Positions 7,205-16,435 of a stretch of 43,898 bases of DNA are shown piece by piece (positions within the stretch are counted from its first letter, which is position 1; each line of letters opens with the position of its first letter). The DNA is from a virus, in IMG/VR virus record IMGVR_UViG_3300031233_000001; one strand, 5' to 3'. The translations under genes were made by a program, and so were the position numbers. The notes beneath the pieces are model-generated. The model ran no database searches, had not been told where the DNA came from, and was given only the letters and a program-made list of their open reading frames with translations.

Positions 7205-9172
7205 ATGACCACACAGCTATTTCTCGACTTCGAGACCTCAAGTAACTGCGATCTGGCCGTGTCTGGTCTGGCGCGCTACTTGGCCGATCCGTCCACACGC
7301 GCCACCTGTTTCACGTGGCGCTTCCCCGACATGCCCGCGGCGGAGCTGTGGGAGGCCGGCCAGATCGTGCCGCAACGCATCGTAGCGCACCTGGCTAGCG
7401 GTGGTGAGTTCGTAGCCCACAACGCACCGTTCGACTTCCACATCTGGAACGACGTGCTGCGTCGGGATCCACGCTACGCCCATTTGCCCGAGCTGAAGAT
7501 TGAACAGGTGCGCTGTAGCGCCGCCCGTGCACGCTACAACGGCCTGCCGGGCTCGCTGGCCGGTGCGTGCGAAGCGATGGGGCTGCCGGTGCAGAAAGAC
7601 ACCGAAGCCAAGCCGATCATGCTGCTACTGGCCGCGCATCCCGAATACACGCCCCAAACGCACCCGGAGGAGTACGCGCGGCTGTACAAGTACGCGCTGA
7701 TCGACACGGATGCGATGTTCGGCTTGTGGAATGCGACCGTACCGCTGCCGCCGCTGGAGCAGCAGTTCTTTGAGCTACACATGCGCGTGTCGATGCGTGG
7801 CTTCGGCTGCGATGTCGAGGCTGCCCAGGCCATGGAGGATTTGACTGCCTTCGCCGAGGCCCAGCTCAACTATGACCTAGCCGTGGCCACGCAGGGCGGG
7901 CTGTTGTCCACCACCGAGGTGGGCAAGATCAAGGACTATGCGGCGACCATGGGCGAGGATATGGACGACGCCGGCCGCGAGACACTCAAAACCCTGATGG
8001 GGCGCCCGGACCTGCCCGCGGCGCTGCGTGAGGTGTTGGCCCTGCGCCTGGACGCCTCGCGCGCCCCTAAGAAAGCCGGCGCGATCCTGCGCGCCCATGT
8101 GGACAGCCGCATGTGTCACGCGACTGTCTACCACGGCGCGCTGTCCGGTCGCACCACCGCGCGCGGCTGCGGCGGCGTGCAGTTGCTCAACGTGGCCCGT
8201 CCGCGCCCTGGCCGCTCGGCCGAGGATTGCGAGCGCTACCTGGACGCATGCAAGCGCCACGACATCGGTTACCTGTCTAGCCCGGAAGTGGGCCCGATCC
8301 TAGCTGCCCTGGCCGATGCGCAGCGTTCGCTGTTCTGCGCTACCAAGCCGGGCCACACGCTGGTCGATGCGGACTTGTCCGGCATCGAAGCGCGCATGAG
8401 CCCGTGGCTCGCTAATGACGAGGAAATGTTGACCGTCTATGAGGCGGGTGGCGATCCTTACAAAACGTCGGCTGTGGGTATTTTCGGTGTCGAATACGCG
8501 GATGTCACGAAAGATCAGAGACAGGTAGGAAAATGCGCCTCCCTCGCATTATCTTACGGCGGCGGGGATGGCGCGTTTGTCTCGATGGCGGCGAACTACG
8601 GCGTGCACCTCGAACCGGACGCGGTGACCGACATCGTATGGAAATGGCGTGAAGCCCGCCCCGCCTTTGAGCGCTGGTGGGCCGTGCTTGAGTACGCCGT
8701 GCTGATCGCGCTGGACCAGCCGGGCAAGCGCGTGCGCGTGCCCGTGGGCCGTGGCTGGTGCTCGGAGGTGACCTTCGTGCGTGACCAGCACGCATTGCGC
8801 ATGGAGCTGCCAAGCGGGCGCGCGATCAGCTACCACAATGCCCGCCTGTACCTGGACCCGGGTGCGAGTGCGCCGATCGCCGTCTATGACAAGCCCGAGG
8901 GCTACGTCGAGACGCTCGACCGCAAGATCCTTTCCAACAACATGACGCAAGGGCTTGCCCGCGACCTGTTCTGGCTGATCATGCTGTCGGTCGATAAGGT
9001 CGAGGACATCGTGCATGAGGTCTATGACCAGATGGTGCTGGAAGTGCCGATTGAACGTGCCCACGAGCGCCTGGAGCAACTGCTGGAGCGTATGCGCATC
9101 GCGCCGAGATGGGCGCCAGGGTTGCCATTGGAAGCGGCTGGCTACGTATCGCCGCGCTGGAGAAAGGATTGA
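7205..9172 (+). CDS. Family-A DNA polymerase with 3'-5' exonuclease domain
   Basis: Exonuclease motifs LFLDFETSS, HNAPFDFHIW, YALIDTD. Polymerase motif A DADLSGIEARM, motif B RQVGKCASLALSYGGG, motif C region VHEVYDQMV. Confidence 0.9.
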   Translation: MTTQLFLDFETSSNCDLAVSGLARYLADPSTRATCFTWRFPDMPAAELWEAGQIVPQRIVAHLASGGEFVAHNAPFDFHIWNDVLRRDPRYAHLPELKIEQVRCSAARARYNGLPGSLAGACEAMGLPVQKDTEAKPIMLLLAAHPEYTPQTHPEEYARLYKYALIDTDAMFGLWNATVPLPPLEQQFFELHMRVSMRGFGCDVEAAQAMEDLTAFAEAQLNYDLAVATQGGLLSTTEVGKIKDYAATMGEDMDDAGRETLKTLMGRPDLPAALREVLALRLDASRAPKKAGAILRAHVDSRMCHATVYHGALSGRTTARGCGGVQLLNVARPRPGRSAEDCERYLDACKRHDIGYLSSPEVGPILAALADAQRSLFCATKPGHTLVDADLSGIEARMSPWLANDEEMLTVYEAGGDPYKTSAVGIFGVEYADVTKDQRQVGKCASLALSYGGGDGAFVSMAANYGVHLEPDAVTDIVWKWREARPAFERWWAVLEYAVLIALDQPGKRVRVPVGRGWCSEVTFVRDQHALRMELPSGRAISYHNARLYLDPGASAPIAVYDKPEGYVETLDRKILSNNMTQGLARDLFWLIMLSVDKVEDIVHEVYDQMVLEVPIERAHERLEQLLERMRIAPRWAPGLPLEAAGYVSPRWRKD

Positions 9173-9287
9173 TGAATAGCCTGCCGATCATGCTCCCCGA
9201 CGCTGCCTGCCAGCGCGTGCTGGCGGCTATGGCGTAAAGACCAACTATCCATTACACTCACCACACAATCACCACAGGCAGACCGAT

Positions 9288-9674
9288 ATGAGCAACACCA
9301 TGATTGACGCGCTGGAAGCCGGCGCCAAGTGGGGCACGCTGACCCTTTCCGAACAGATCGCCGCCCGGGCTATCGCACGCCGCCTGGTGGCGATGGCTAC
9401 CGATGGCGCCTCGGCCGAGGATTGGCAGCAGCTCGCCGGCTATGCCAAATGGGCGCAGCACCCCGACGCGCTCAAGGCCGCTAAGCCCACATTGACCGTC
9501 GCCGGCCATTGGGTCGATTGGCGCGGCGGTTCGTTCCTGCCCGCACTAGCGTCCACGCGAGTCGATATTCAGTACCGAAGCGGTCGCGTCACTAAGAATA
9601 TTTCAGCCGGTGCTGTTTATTGGCAGCATACCGGCCATACCGCAGATGTCATTGCCTATCGCATCGCGGATTGA
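9288..9674 (+). CDS. Hypothetical protein (128 aa)
   Basis: ORF preceded by a CA-rich leader (TCACCACACAATCACCACAGG). Confidence 0.6.
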   Translation: MSNTMIDALEAGAKWGTLTLSEQIAARAIARRLVAMATDGASAEDWQQLAGYAKWAQHPDALKAAKPTLTVAGHWVDWRGGSFLPALASTRVDIQYRSGRVTKNISAGAVYWQHTGHTADVIAYRIAD

Positions 9675-9700
9675 CCGCGCCGCAAGTTTAGCGTTACACT
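9671..9700 (+). promoter_or_regulatory. Candidate sigma70 promoter (TTGACC-N18-TACACT)
   Basis: TTGACC at 9671-9676 overlaps the upstream stop codon, followed by an 18-nt spacer and TACACT at 9695-9700, 31 nt upstream of the ATG at 9732. Confidence 0.35.
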
Positions 9701-9731
9701 CCGCTCACATATACAAACGGAACGCCCGACA

Positions 9732-10022
9732 ATGACCAAGACCGCCGCTTCGGAACGCAAGCCCGAGGACTATTACACCCTGCCGCTGGATCTGTTTTCG
9801 GTCACCGACTTGACCGACGCCCTGGGCATCGAGCGCGCGGCGGCCTTGCTTGGCACGTCCAGCCGGGCCATCTATACCGTGCGCAACACGAACGAGATGG
9901 GCTTGGAGCGCGTTGGCAAGCTCCAGGCGGCCATCCGCGAGGACGAGACGGGCCATCGTGCCCGCCTGGTCCAGATGCGTAACCTGCAGTCCATCCGTAG
10001 CGCACAGCGCGCTGCCCGCTAA
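9732..10022 (+). CDS. Putative HTH DNA-binding protein (96 aa)
   Basis: The segment LTDALGIERAAALLGTSSRAIYTVRN resembles a helix-turn-helix; this is inference. Confidence 0.5.
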   Translation: MTKTAASERKPEDYYTLPLDLFSVTDLTDALGIERAAALLGTSSRAIYTVRNTNEMGLERVGKLQAAIREDETGHRARLVQMRNLQSIRSAQRAAR

Positions 10023-10049
10023 ACCCTCACCCCACCACCGGAGAACACC

Positions 10050-10691
10050 ATGCAACTGATTTTCAACAATCTAGATGAACTGAACGACATGCTCAAGGCC
10101 ATGGGCTATGTGCGCCGTGACACCATCGCAGAGCTGACCTGCGGGGAAATTACCCTGCGTGGCAGTGAGCAATTCGTGAAAGACCTAACCGAATCTGGCC
10201 AATTCGACCGCGCTGCCGAGACTGCGTTGCGTGACGTCGACAACCTGCCCGACGATGGCGTGCCTGAGCCCGCTACCAGCGGCCACACTCCCGAGCCGGC
10301 CAAACGCAAGCGCCGCACCAAGGCCGAGATTGAGGCCGAGAAGGCCGCGCAGTCGGCGGCCGCTATTGTGGTAGCCACCGAGACGGGCGACGAGCCTAGC
10401 GTCCCGCAGACGAGCCCGCTGGACAATCTCAAAGCGGAACCCGCCGTGGCGTCAAATGGCGGCCAGGCCCGTGCGGAGATTGCCGAAATGGCTGCGCTGT
10501 TCGACGGCGCTGACCGCCTGGCGCATATCAATGAAGGCCGCGACTTCATCGCCAAGCACGGCTTCCCGACCTATAACGAGACGATGCAGCTGGCCGACGT
10601 GCCGGCCAACATCGCCGGCCACACGCCCGAGCAGGTGAGCCGTCACCGTGCGGCGATGGCCTGGAAGGCTACGCAGCTGGCGGGAGGCTAA
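10050..10691 (+). CDS. Hypothetical protein (213 aa), acidic and disordered middle region
   Basis: GGAG ribosome-binding site upstream. No recognisable catalytic motif. Confidence 0.6.
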   Translation: MQLIFNNLDELNDMLKAMGYVRRDTIAELTCGEITLRGSEQFVKDLTESGQFDRAAETALRDVDNLPDDGVPEPATSGHTPEPAKRKRRTKAEIEAEKAAQSAAAIVVATETGDEPSVPQTSPLDNLKAEPAVASNGGQARAEIAEMAALFDGADRLAHINEGRDFIAKHGFPTYNETMQLADVPANIAGHTPEQVSRHRAAMAWKATQLAGG

Positions 10692-10694
10692 GCC

Positions 10695-10871
10695 ATGACT
10701 ACCTGGGAACCGGTACGTTGGGCGCTTTTCATCCTGATCATGCTTAACGTGGCTACCGCTGCGCACCAGCACGGGCGTTCAGGTCGGGTGTCGCGCGGAG
10801 CGATCAACACGGCCGCAGGCATTCTCTTTACCGTCGCACTGCTGCTGGCCCTGACGAACTTCGAGCTTTAG
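10695..10871 (+). CDS. Small two-pass membrane protein (58 aa; below the ORF-track cutoff)
   Basis: My own translation is MTTWEPVRWALFILIMLNVATAAH...AAGILFTVALLLALTNFEL. It starts 4 nt after the upstream stop and ends just before the terminator. Confidence 0.4.
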   Translation: MTTWEPVRWALFILIMLNVATAAHQHGRSGRVSRGAINTAAGILFTVALLLALTNFEL

Positions 10872-10892
10872 TCAGATTCGCAGACACGAAAC

Positions 10893-10918
10893 GAAAGGGC
10901 CGCTCACGCGGCCCTTTC
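10893..10918. terminator. Bidirectional rho-independent terminator between the convergent early and late arms
   Basis: 11-bp stem gaaagggccgc/gcggccctttc with loop tcac. T-rich runs on both strands. Confidence 0.6.
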
Positions 10919-11509
10919 TTATTTGCGCTTGCGGTCCTGCGCCATGTAGCCATCCGCGATGCCCGTGAGCGCCATGAGTGCGGCCTGCACGTCGTAGCCG
11001 TCCTTCGCGCCCTTGGAATCCTTGCCGCCGGCCTTGCGCTGTACGCTGTAGGCGATCGCCTCGGCCTGCTTGGGGGCCTTGCCACCCTCTTTAATTTCGG
11101 TCTTGATGTTTTCCGAGCGGGCTTTATCGCTCTTGCCTTCGATGAGGGGCATATCGGCTAGCTCTGTAAGGGTGGAAGGGATGACCGGCTCGGGCAGATC
11201 GTCAAAGCCGGCCCAGCGCGATGCCGTATGCTCGTCGTTCAAATCCGGCACGAACGCATCAGGTAGCGCCGCACCGAAACACGCAAAGCCGTCCTTGGTT
11301 GTGAACAATGGTGTCAGCGGGCCGGTGTAATCGAGCCCGATTTCTGCTTTGGTCTCGCGCCGCGCGGTCTGCTCGGCCGACTCGCCCTGCTCGATCGTGC
11401 CGCCAGGAAAGCCCCAGCGCCCACCCTGTACTGCAGACGGGCGACGCTTGAGCCACAGCACACGGCCGCCATGCGTGAACATCACACCAGCGGCCGTGGG
11501 CGCTGCCAT
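10919..11509 (-). CDS. Nudix hydrolase with a Lys-rich C-terminal extension
   Basis: Nudix box GGTIEQGESAEQTARRETKAEIG. Last gene of the head/sheath/tube arm. Confidence 0.85.
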   Translation of the reverse strand: MAAPTAAGVMFTHGGRVLWLKRRPSAVQGGRWGFPGGTIEQGESAEQTARRETKAEIGLDYTGPLTPLFTTKDGFACFGAALPDAFVPDLNDEHTASRWAGFDDLPEPVIPSTLTELADMPLIEGKSDKARSENIKTEIKEGGKAPKQAEAIAYSVQRKAGGKDSKGAKDGYDVQAALMALTGIADGYMAQDRKRK

Positions 11510-11511
11510 GG

Positions 11512-11943
11512 TTACAGTGCGCTGACCGTCAGGCGAGCGAATACGAACTCCACCACACCAGGCTGCAGTATCTTCTTGCCGCTCGGCGCCTTGTATCGAC
11601 GCATGAAGCCTCCCGTCAGGTCGTAGCGCTTGGACACCGCCGGCAGCGTAATGGTCAGGTTCTGCCCCAGCTTGGTGCGGTTGGTCACCTCGTACTGGTA
11701 AATCTGCTCAAACAGCGACAGTGACGCGCTGTCCGCCTTCAAGGTGATGCCGAGGGGGATTTCGTTAAACACGAAACCCGCCGACAGCTGGCCGTCGATC
11801 CCCATCGAATACTCTCCGTTTTCAACATTTTCAAAGTCGAAAGCGTCATCCGCGCCGTAACCCTGCAGGCGCTGGGCCTGTGGGAATAGCGCCTCGGTCG
11901 TCATCGCGAGGACCGAGTTAGCAACAGTGAGTGTGCCTGCCAT
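11512..11943 (-). CDS. Probable tail tube protein (143 aa)
   Basis: Size and position immediately downstream of the sheath-like gene. AAGGAA ribosome-binding site. Inference. Confidence 0.5.
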   Translation of the reverse strand: MAGTLTVANSVLAMTTEALFPQAQRLQGYGADDAFDFENVENGEYSMGIDGQLSAGFVFNEIPLGITLKADSASLSLFEQIYQYEVTNRTKLGQNLTITLPAVSKRYDLTGGFMRRYKAPSGKKILQPGVVEFVFARLTVSAL

Positions 11944-11952
11944 GTCGGTTCC

Positions 11953-13440
11953 TTAAATGACCGCGGTGGAGTTGATGGTGATCTGCTGAATCGAGCCGCC
12001 ATCTGTGTACCAGAAGGTAGCCGCCGGGCTGGTGCGATTCTGACGTGCCTGCGCAACGTTGGCCGGGTCGCCGAACAGACAATACCAGCCCTGCGTCTGC
12101 AGCGTCGTGCTGATGGTCCGGCCAGCCTGGGCGTCCACCTGGTTCTGCTGGCTCTCCGACAGCGTCACACCCTGGCGGATGATGCCCGAGACGACGCCCT
12201 GGTTGGCCACGTCGCGCACCGCGCTATAAAGCTCTGTGTAGCCGTCCTGGTTGTATGGGATCGAGTTGTAATTGATCAGCGCCTGGTAGAGCGCGAGCTG
12301 AATCTGGCGGTTGAGATAAATCTGGTCGACGTAGGTGTCGAGCCACAGGAACGAGCCGGACAGGTAGCCGTTTACCGACGTGGTGAAATTGTTGGCCGCA
12401 TTGGCAAACGCGCCGATATAGCTGTAGTGGTTCGAGTCGAGCGCATCGGAGGTGGGCTTATCGGTCACCGTGGCCGCCGTGCCGGCGACGAACTGGCGCG
12501 AATCGTAGTTCGTACGACCGTTCTGAACACTGAAGTTGATGGAAGCCGCCCAACCCATCGAGGCGCCGGCCGTGTCGACACCACCGTAGAGCGGCGCCGT
12601 GCCCTGATAGGGCTGCGCGAACACCTGCGCGCCGAACGAGACGGCGTTGTTTGGCACGATCGAGGCCGCTTCGGTATCCCAGGCCATGTAGGCATACTGG
12701 AAGTTCTGCCCGCTATTCCATGCGGCATAGGCCAGACGGTCGGCAATCACGGCCGCGTAGCTGGTCGTGAAGGTCATCCAGTTGGTCGTCTGGCTGATCG
12801 CGCGGTTCATCACCGAGGCGGGCGTGTCAGCGGCCGCACCGGTCGCCTGATTGAACGCGCCCACGCCCGCCGAGAGGCCGACAGCGGTCGCCAGCGTGCC
12901 GGTGATGGGCGAACACACGGCCGTCGGACCGGTGGCCGTCGTGGTCAGCGTGAAGCGCTGGCGCTGTGCGTCGTAGGCGATCGTGAAGTCGGGCGAGGTG
13001 AAGGCCGCCAGCATGATCGTCGCCGCGTTGGCGAAGCTGGTGGCCGCGGCCAGGTTGATGGTCGTGGAGGTATGCAGCGCGGCCGTGGTCACGATCAGCG
13101 TGCCGGTCAGGCTCTGCAGCGCGGCTAGGGTCAGGTTCGCCGTCGAGGCGCCATACACGCCGGCCGGGGCTGCCGTCAGCGCGTAGCCCACGAACTTCAA
13201 ATCGAACGGCAGCTGGCCACCGTTGACGATGCCCGGGAAATAGTTGTTGGCCAGTGTGGTTTCCGGCGCGGCGGGGCCGAACCAGTTGGACACAGCTAGT
13301 GCGCTGGTCAGGTCGAGCACCTGGCCGGGCGGCACGGAAGGGTCTTGCGTCACCACCAGGCCGTTCTGGCTGGAGCCCGCGCCGCCACCCGGGACGACAC
13401 CCGGCAGCACCTGCACTTTCTTGCTAATAGGGATAGTCAC
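11953..13440 (-). CDS. Probable tail sheath protein (495 aa)
   Basis: GTG start with a GGAG ribosome-binding site. Large structural ORF directly upstream of the tube-like gene. Family assignment not verified. Confidence 0.5.
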   Translation of the reverse strand: MTIPISKKVQVLPGVVPGGGAGSSQNGLVVTQDPSVPPGQVLDLTSALAVSNWFGPAAPETTLANNYFPGIVNGGQLPFDLKFVGYALTAAPAGVYGASTANLTLAALQSLTGTLIVTTAALHTSTTINLAAATSFANAATIMLAAFTSPDFTIAYDAQRQRFTLTTTATGPTAVCSPITGTLATAVGLSAGVGAFNQATGAAADTPASVMNRAISQTTNWMTFTTSYAAVIADRLAYAAWNSGQNFQYAYMAWDTEAASIVPNNAVSFGAQVFAQPYQGTAPLYGGVDTAGASMGWAASINFSVQNGRTNYDSRQFVAGTAATVTDKPTSDALDSNHYSYIGAFANAANNFTTSVNGYLSGSFLWLDTYVDQIYLNRQIQLALYQALINYNSIPYNQDGYTELYSAVRDVANQGVVSGIIRQGVTLSESQQNQVDAQAGRTISTTLQTQGWYCLFGDPANVAQARQNRTSPAATFWYTDGGSIQQITINSTAVI

Positions 13441-13486
13441 GGGTCGGGCTCCAGGAAAAGGGTTGCGAGAGGGATTCTATAGCAAA

Positions 13487-14023
13487 TCAGGGCGGCAAGT
13501 TGTCCGCCACGATGAGGGTTGTGGGCGGCACTTCGGTGAAGAAATCCTGCGGCAGCGACACGGTCTGACTGACTTGCGCGTATAACTTGATCATAAAGCG
13601 CTGCTCGTACATCTGCTCGCCGTTGGCAAAGTTCAACTGCACGGGCTCGTCGGCGTAAAGCGGTGTGAAAACAGCCGATGCGGCGTTGTTGTCGCAGCCC
13701 CACAGCGAGCGCCAGGCGATGGCGAAGGTATCGGCCCAATCGGGCGCGAGCGGCCCGTAGCAATCCACCTGGTAGTAGTAGGTCGTGGAGCGTTCCACGA
13801 TCTGGAAGCCACCAACGGGGTCGTAGGTGCGCACGCCCTGGTTCTGGCGTAGGCGCACGCCTGGCTGGATCACCGCATAGGTGCCCACGGGCGTCGCGGC
13901 CATGTTCGGGTTGGACTTGAACACGCTGGCCTGATCGGGCACGTCCAGCAGCTGCACGATCCACTGCCACACGCCGTTGAACACGACATCCTCACGGGCG
14001 CTAAGAGTCGCTACCGCACTCAT
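13487..14023 (-). CDS. Virion morphogenesis protein, function unknown (178 aa)
   Basis: The ATG at 14023 forms an ATGA overlap with the upstream stop. Preferred over the track start at 14125. Confidence 0.55.
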   Translation of the reverse strand: MSAVATLSAREDVVFNGVWQWIVQLLDVPDQASVFKSNPNMAATPVGTYAVIQPGVRLRQNQGVRTYDPVGGFQIVERSTTYYYQVDCYGPLAPDWADTFAIAWRSLWGCDNNAASAVFTPLYADEPVQLNFANGEQMYEQRFMIKLYAQVSQTVSLPQDFFTEVPPTTLIVADNLPP

Positions 14024-14451
14024 GGCGCAGGTACCGTGCCGTTGGCGATCAGCGCTTGCAGCTGCGCGAGCGTAGTGGCGTTGACCTGCCGGGAGACTTC
14101 CACGCTGCACCAGGTGGGCCACCACTCATTCACGCGACTGATGTACCACCACTCGCCGCCAATGTTGAGGATGTCGCCGCCTTGGCCGTCGGGCCGGCTC
14201 ATGTCGGCCAGGTTGCCGTACGCGTAGACGGTCGTGAAGTCGGTGGAGTAGTTCAGCGCGCGGTCGTGCACCCGCCCGCTGTGGTCCTTCGCCTGGACCT
14301 GCACTGTGATGGCTAACGTGGTGAATGTCGGCGTCAGAATGCCCTGGTTGTTGGTGTAGCCCGTGGAGCTGTACCACATGGCCGGCACGTCGTCATTGAC
14401 CGACGTAATCGCCCCGCGCACGATGTCGTGCATGTTGAGAAAAAACCCCAT
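14020..14451 (-). CDS. Virion morphogenesis protein, function unknown (143 aa)
   Basis: Lies in the late operon between connector-like genes and the sheath. Confidence 0.55.
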   Translation of the reverse strand: MGFFLNMHDIVRGAITSVNDDVPAMWYSSTGYTNNQGILTPTFTTLAITVQVQAKDHSGRVHDRALNYSTDFTTVYAYGNLADMSRPDGQGGDILNIGGEWWYISRVNEWWPTWCSVEVSRQVNATTLAQLQALIANGTVPAP

Positions 14452-14460
14452 TAGCGCACC

Positions 14461-15024
14461 TCACACGACATGTGCGTACACCTCGGCAGGCTGCGCCCAA
14501 GTCCGGCCTGTCTTGATCATGCTGATCATTGTGCGCGAAACGCCATATTCGGCCGCTAGTAACGCTTGCGAAGCGCCCGCAGCCAATTGCGCTTGGATCG
14601 CATCAACCTGTTCGGGCTGCAGCTTATAACGCGCGTTGGGATTGGTTCGACCGTGGAAACGACCGCGTTTTGCTGCATGTTCTTGGTTCGCTACTTTGGT
14701 GCACCATTCCAAGTTTTCGACGCGGTTGTCCAGCTTGTCGAGGTTCTTGTGATTAACGTCAGGCCACTGTTCGGGATTCGGCAAAAACGCCTCAGCTACC
14801 AAACGATGCACGCCAAACACACGGCTAGTTTTGGGCGCGACTTTGAATCCGATACCCAGATAAAGACGTTTGTGCCCGTAAGTCACGGGCGACAATACTT
14901 TCTCGGACACCTTGTAACTGGCGCCTGTGCTGCGCATAACAGTGCGAGCGCGCCGCCGCACGCGACCCCGGTTGCTCACGTCGTATTGACTTTCAAACCC
15001 TACAACCGGCTTCCACTGCTCCAT
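14461..15024 (-). CDS. HNH homing endonuclease (NUMOD4-like N-terminus plus HNH_3-type core)
   Basis: EQWKPVVGFESQYDVSNRGRVR, then HRLVAEAF...VNHKNLDKLDNRVENLEW. The start at 15024 overlaps the upstream stop (TAATG). Hand-counted GC is about 52% against 60-70% for the flanks. Confidence 0.85.
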   Translation of the reverse strand: MEQWKPVVGFESQYDVSNRGRVRRRARTVMRSTGASYKVSEKVLSPVTYGHKRLYLGIGFKVAPKTSRVFGVHRLVAEAFLPNPEQWPDVNHKNLDKLDNRVENLEWCTKVANQEHAAKRGRFHGRTNPNARYKLQPEQVDAIQAQLAAGASQALLAAEYGVSRTMISMIKTGRTWAQPAEVYAHVV

Positions 15025-15506
15025 TAGTCTTTCCCCATGGCCACTTCGGACTCGATGGAGTTTGACAGGTGTCCGGTCAGAATCAAACCATGTGAAAAGC
15101 CCTTGAACTCGGCCCACGACTCGGCGTTATCTGCCGGCCATTCGAGCACAGTAGCGCGCACGTCCTCTTTCATCACCTGGCCCACCGTGCCCAGCGCCGA
15201 CTCGGCGCCTTCGCCGTTCTTTAGTAGCGTCGTGAACGCGTTGGCCCAGGTGCTGGACTCTTTGGCAAACGTGGTCGACATGAAGGGTCGCGGATGATTC
15301 TGCCCCTCGCCGTATTCGAGCGCGGCGGCAATGAGCGCTACCGGCATGCCGGCGCGCGGATCCGGGCGCTTCTCGCCTGTGGCCGCGTTGGTCAGCACGG
15401 CAGCCGGATACGTCGCACCGGATAGCACGCCAGCGCGTACGCTGCCCGGCTTGAACTGGTCGGCCATGCTCGATGGCAGGCGCAGCCCGCGGCGAGTCAC
15501 GCTCAC
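15024..15506 (-). CDS. Head-tail joining protein, HK97 gp10-like (160 aa)
   Basis: The HPRPFM motif resembles the gp10-family ARPF signature. GTGA-coupled to the upstream gene. Inference. Confidence 0.45.
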   Translation of the reverse strand: MSVTRRGLRLPSSMADQFKPGSVRAGVLSGATYPAAVLTNAATGEKRPDPRAGMPVALIAAALEYGEGQNHPRPFMSTTFAKESSTWANAFTTLLKNGEGAESALGTVGQVMKEDVRATVLEWPADNAESWAEFKGFSHGLILTGHLSNSIESEVAMGKD

Positions 15507-15979
15507 GGCACGAACCCTTCCGGCACGAACCCGACGACAGGGCGCGAGCCGTAGGCGATCGCAAAACCGATGCCACTACCGCCGTTGAAGGCGTATTTTA
15601 GCGAGCGGAACGGCGCGGTGAAGGTCCAGTACATCGCGCCGTACTTGGTCTGCAGGAACCAGGGCGCGATGGCCGAGCCTGCCGGCATGACATATTCAAA
15701 CGAGGCCGTCACCGTGCCTTCCGTCGCCTGGCTGATGCGGCCAGGCGGCGGGTTAGTCGGCACGGTCGGGTTGGCTCCAAAGATGGTCAACAAGTGCGCC
15801 ACCAGCATGTAGAACAGCTGGGTGCGAAAATCCACGTCCATCACGGGCGAGTTGTCCGTGTTGTCGAGGATCGCCTGCTCGGCCAGAATGAACATCGCCG
15901 TCAGTCGACCCGTCGACACCGAGGTAAACTCGGGGTACTCGGCGATGAAGGCCGCCGGATCGAAGACGACGATGGCCAT
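15503..15979 (-). CDS. Head-tail connector/adaptor-like protein (158 aa)
   Basis: The N-terminus FDPAAFIAEYPEF resembles connector (DUF4054-like) proteins. Consistent with gene order. Inference. Confidence 0.45.
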   Translation of the reverse strand: MAIVVFDPAAFIAEYPEFTSVSTGRLTAMFILAEQAILDNTDNSPVMDVDFRTQLFYMLVAHLLTIFGANPTVPTNPPPGRISQATEGTVTASFEYVMPAGSAIAPWFLQTKYGAMYWTFTAPFRSLKYAFNGGSGIGFAIAYGSRPVVGFVPEGFVP

Positions 15980-15982
15980 GGT

Positions 15983-16360
15983 TTAAGCCTTGCCCGGATC
16001 GTCTTCGCCGTCGTTCTGGATCACACCCGGCAGATTGTTCGGGTCGATCGCCTCGAACCCGTTACGGTTCTTGGTCTTGTCGTTGGCTTCCTCGATCAGA
16101 TCGTCGCCGTCGCCGTTGGCGAACACGAACTCGTTCTTGAGCCACAGCGCATGCGCATGCTGCTTCTGGATGGCTTCCCAGTGCTCGACCGGCACATTCT
16201 GGGTGATGCCATGGCCGGCGATGTTGAACGGCGAATTGGCGCCGTGCAGCTTGACCACCGGGCCGGCGGTACCATCGGCAGCGAGCAGGTGAACGGTCAG
16301 GCCCTGCGGCAGTTTGCAGGCGATGGAAACGGTCTTAGCGGAACGCTTGGGAGCGGGCAT
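15983..16360 (-). CDS. Hypothetical late protein (125 aa)
   Basis: GGAGA ribosome-binding site 8 nt upstream of the ATG. First late gene after the 16.4-19.3 kb opposite-strand cassette. Confidence 0.55.
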   Translation of the reverse strand: MPAPKRSAKTVSIACKLPQGLTVHLLAADGTAGPVVKLHGANSPFNIAGHGITQNVPVEHWEAIQKQHAHALWLKNEFVFANGDGDDLIEEANDKTKNRNGFEAIDPNNLPGVIQNDGEDDPGKA

Positions 16361-16435
16361 GGAAGATTCTCCGTGTAGGTGGGCGAACGGTTTGGTGCGG
16401 TCAGCATATCAAACAAAATGAGCCTAGAATAGTTG

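Noticed and set aside
9172-9237. A 21-codon mini-ORF (MNSLPIMLPDAACQRVLAAMA) overlapping the polymerase stop.
   Set aside because: It is too short, has no ribosome-binding site and nothing to support it. Treated as intergenic.
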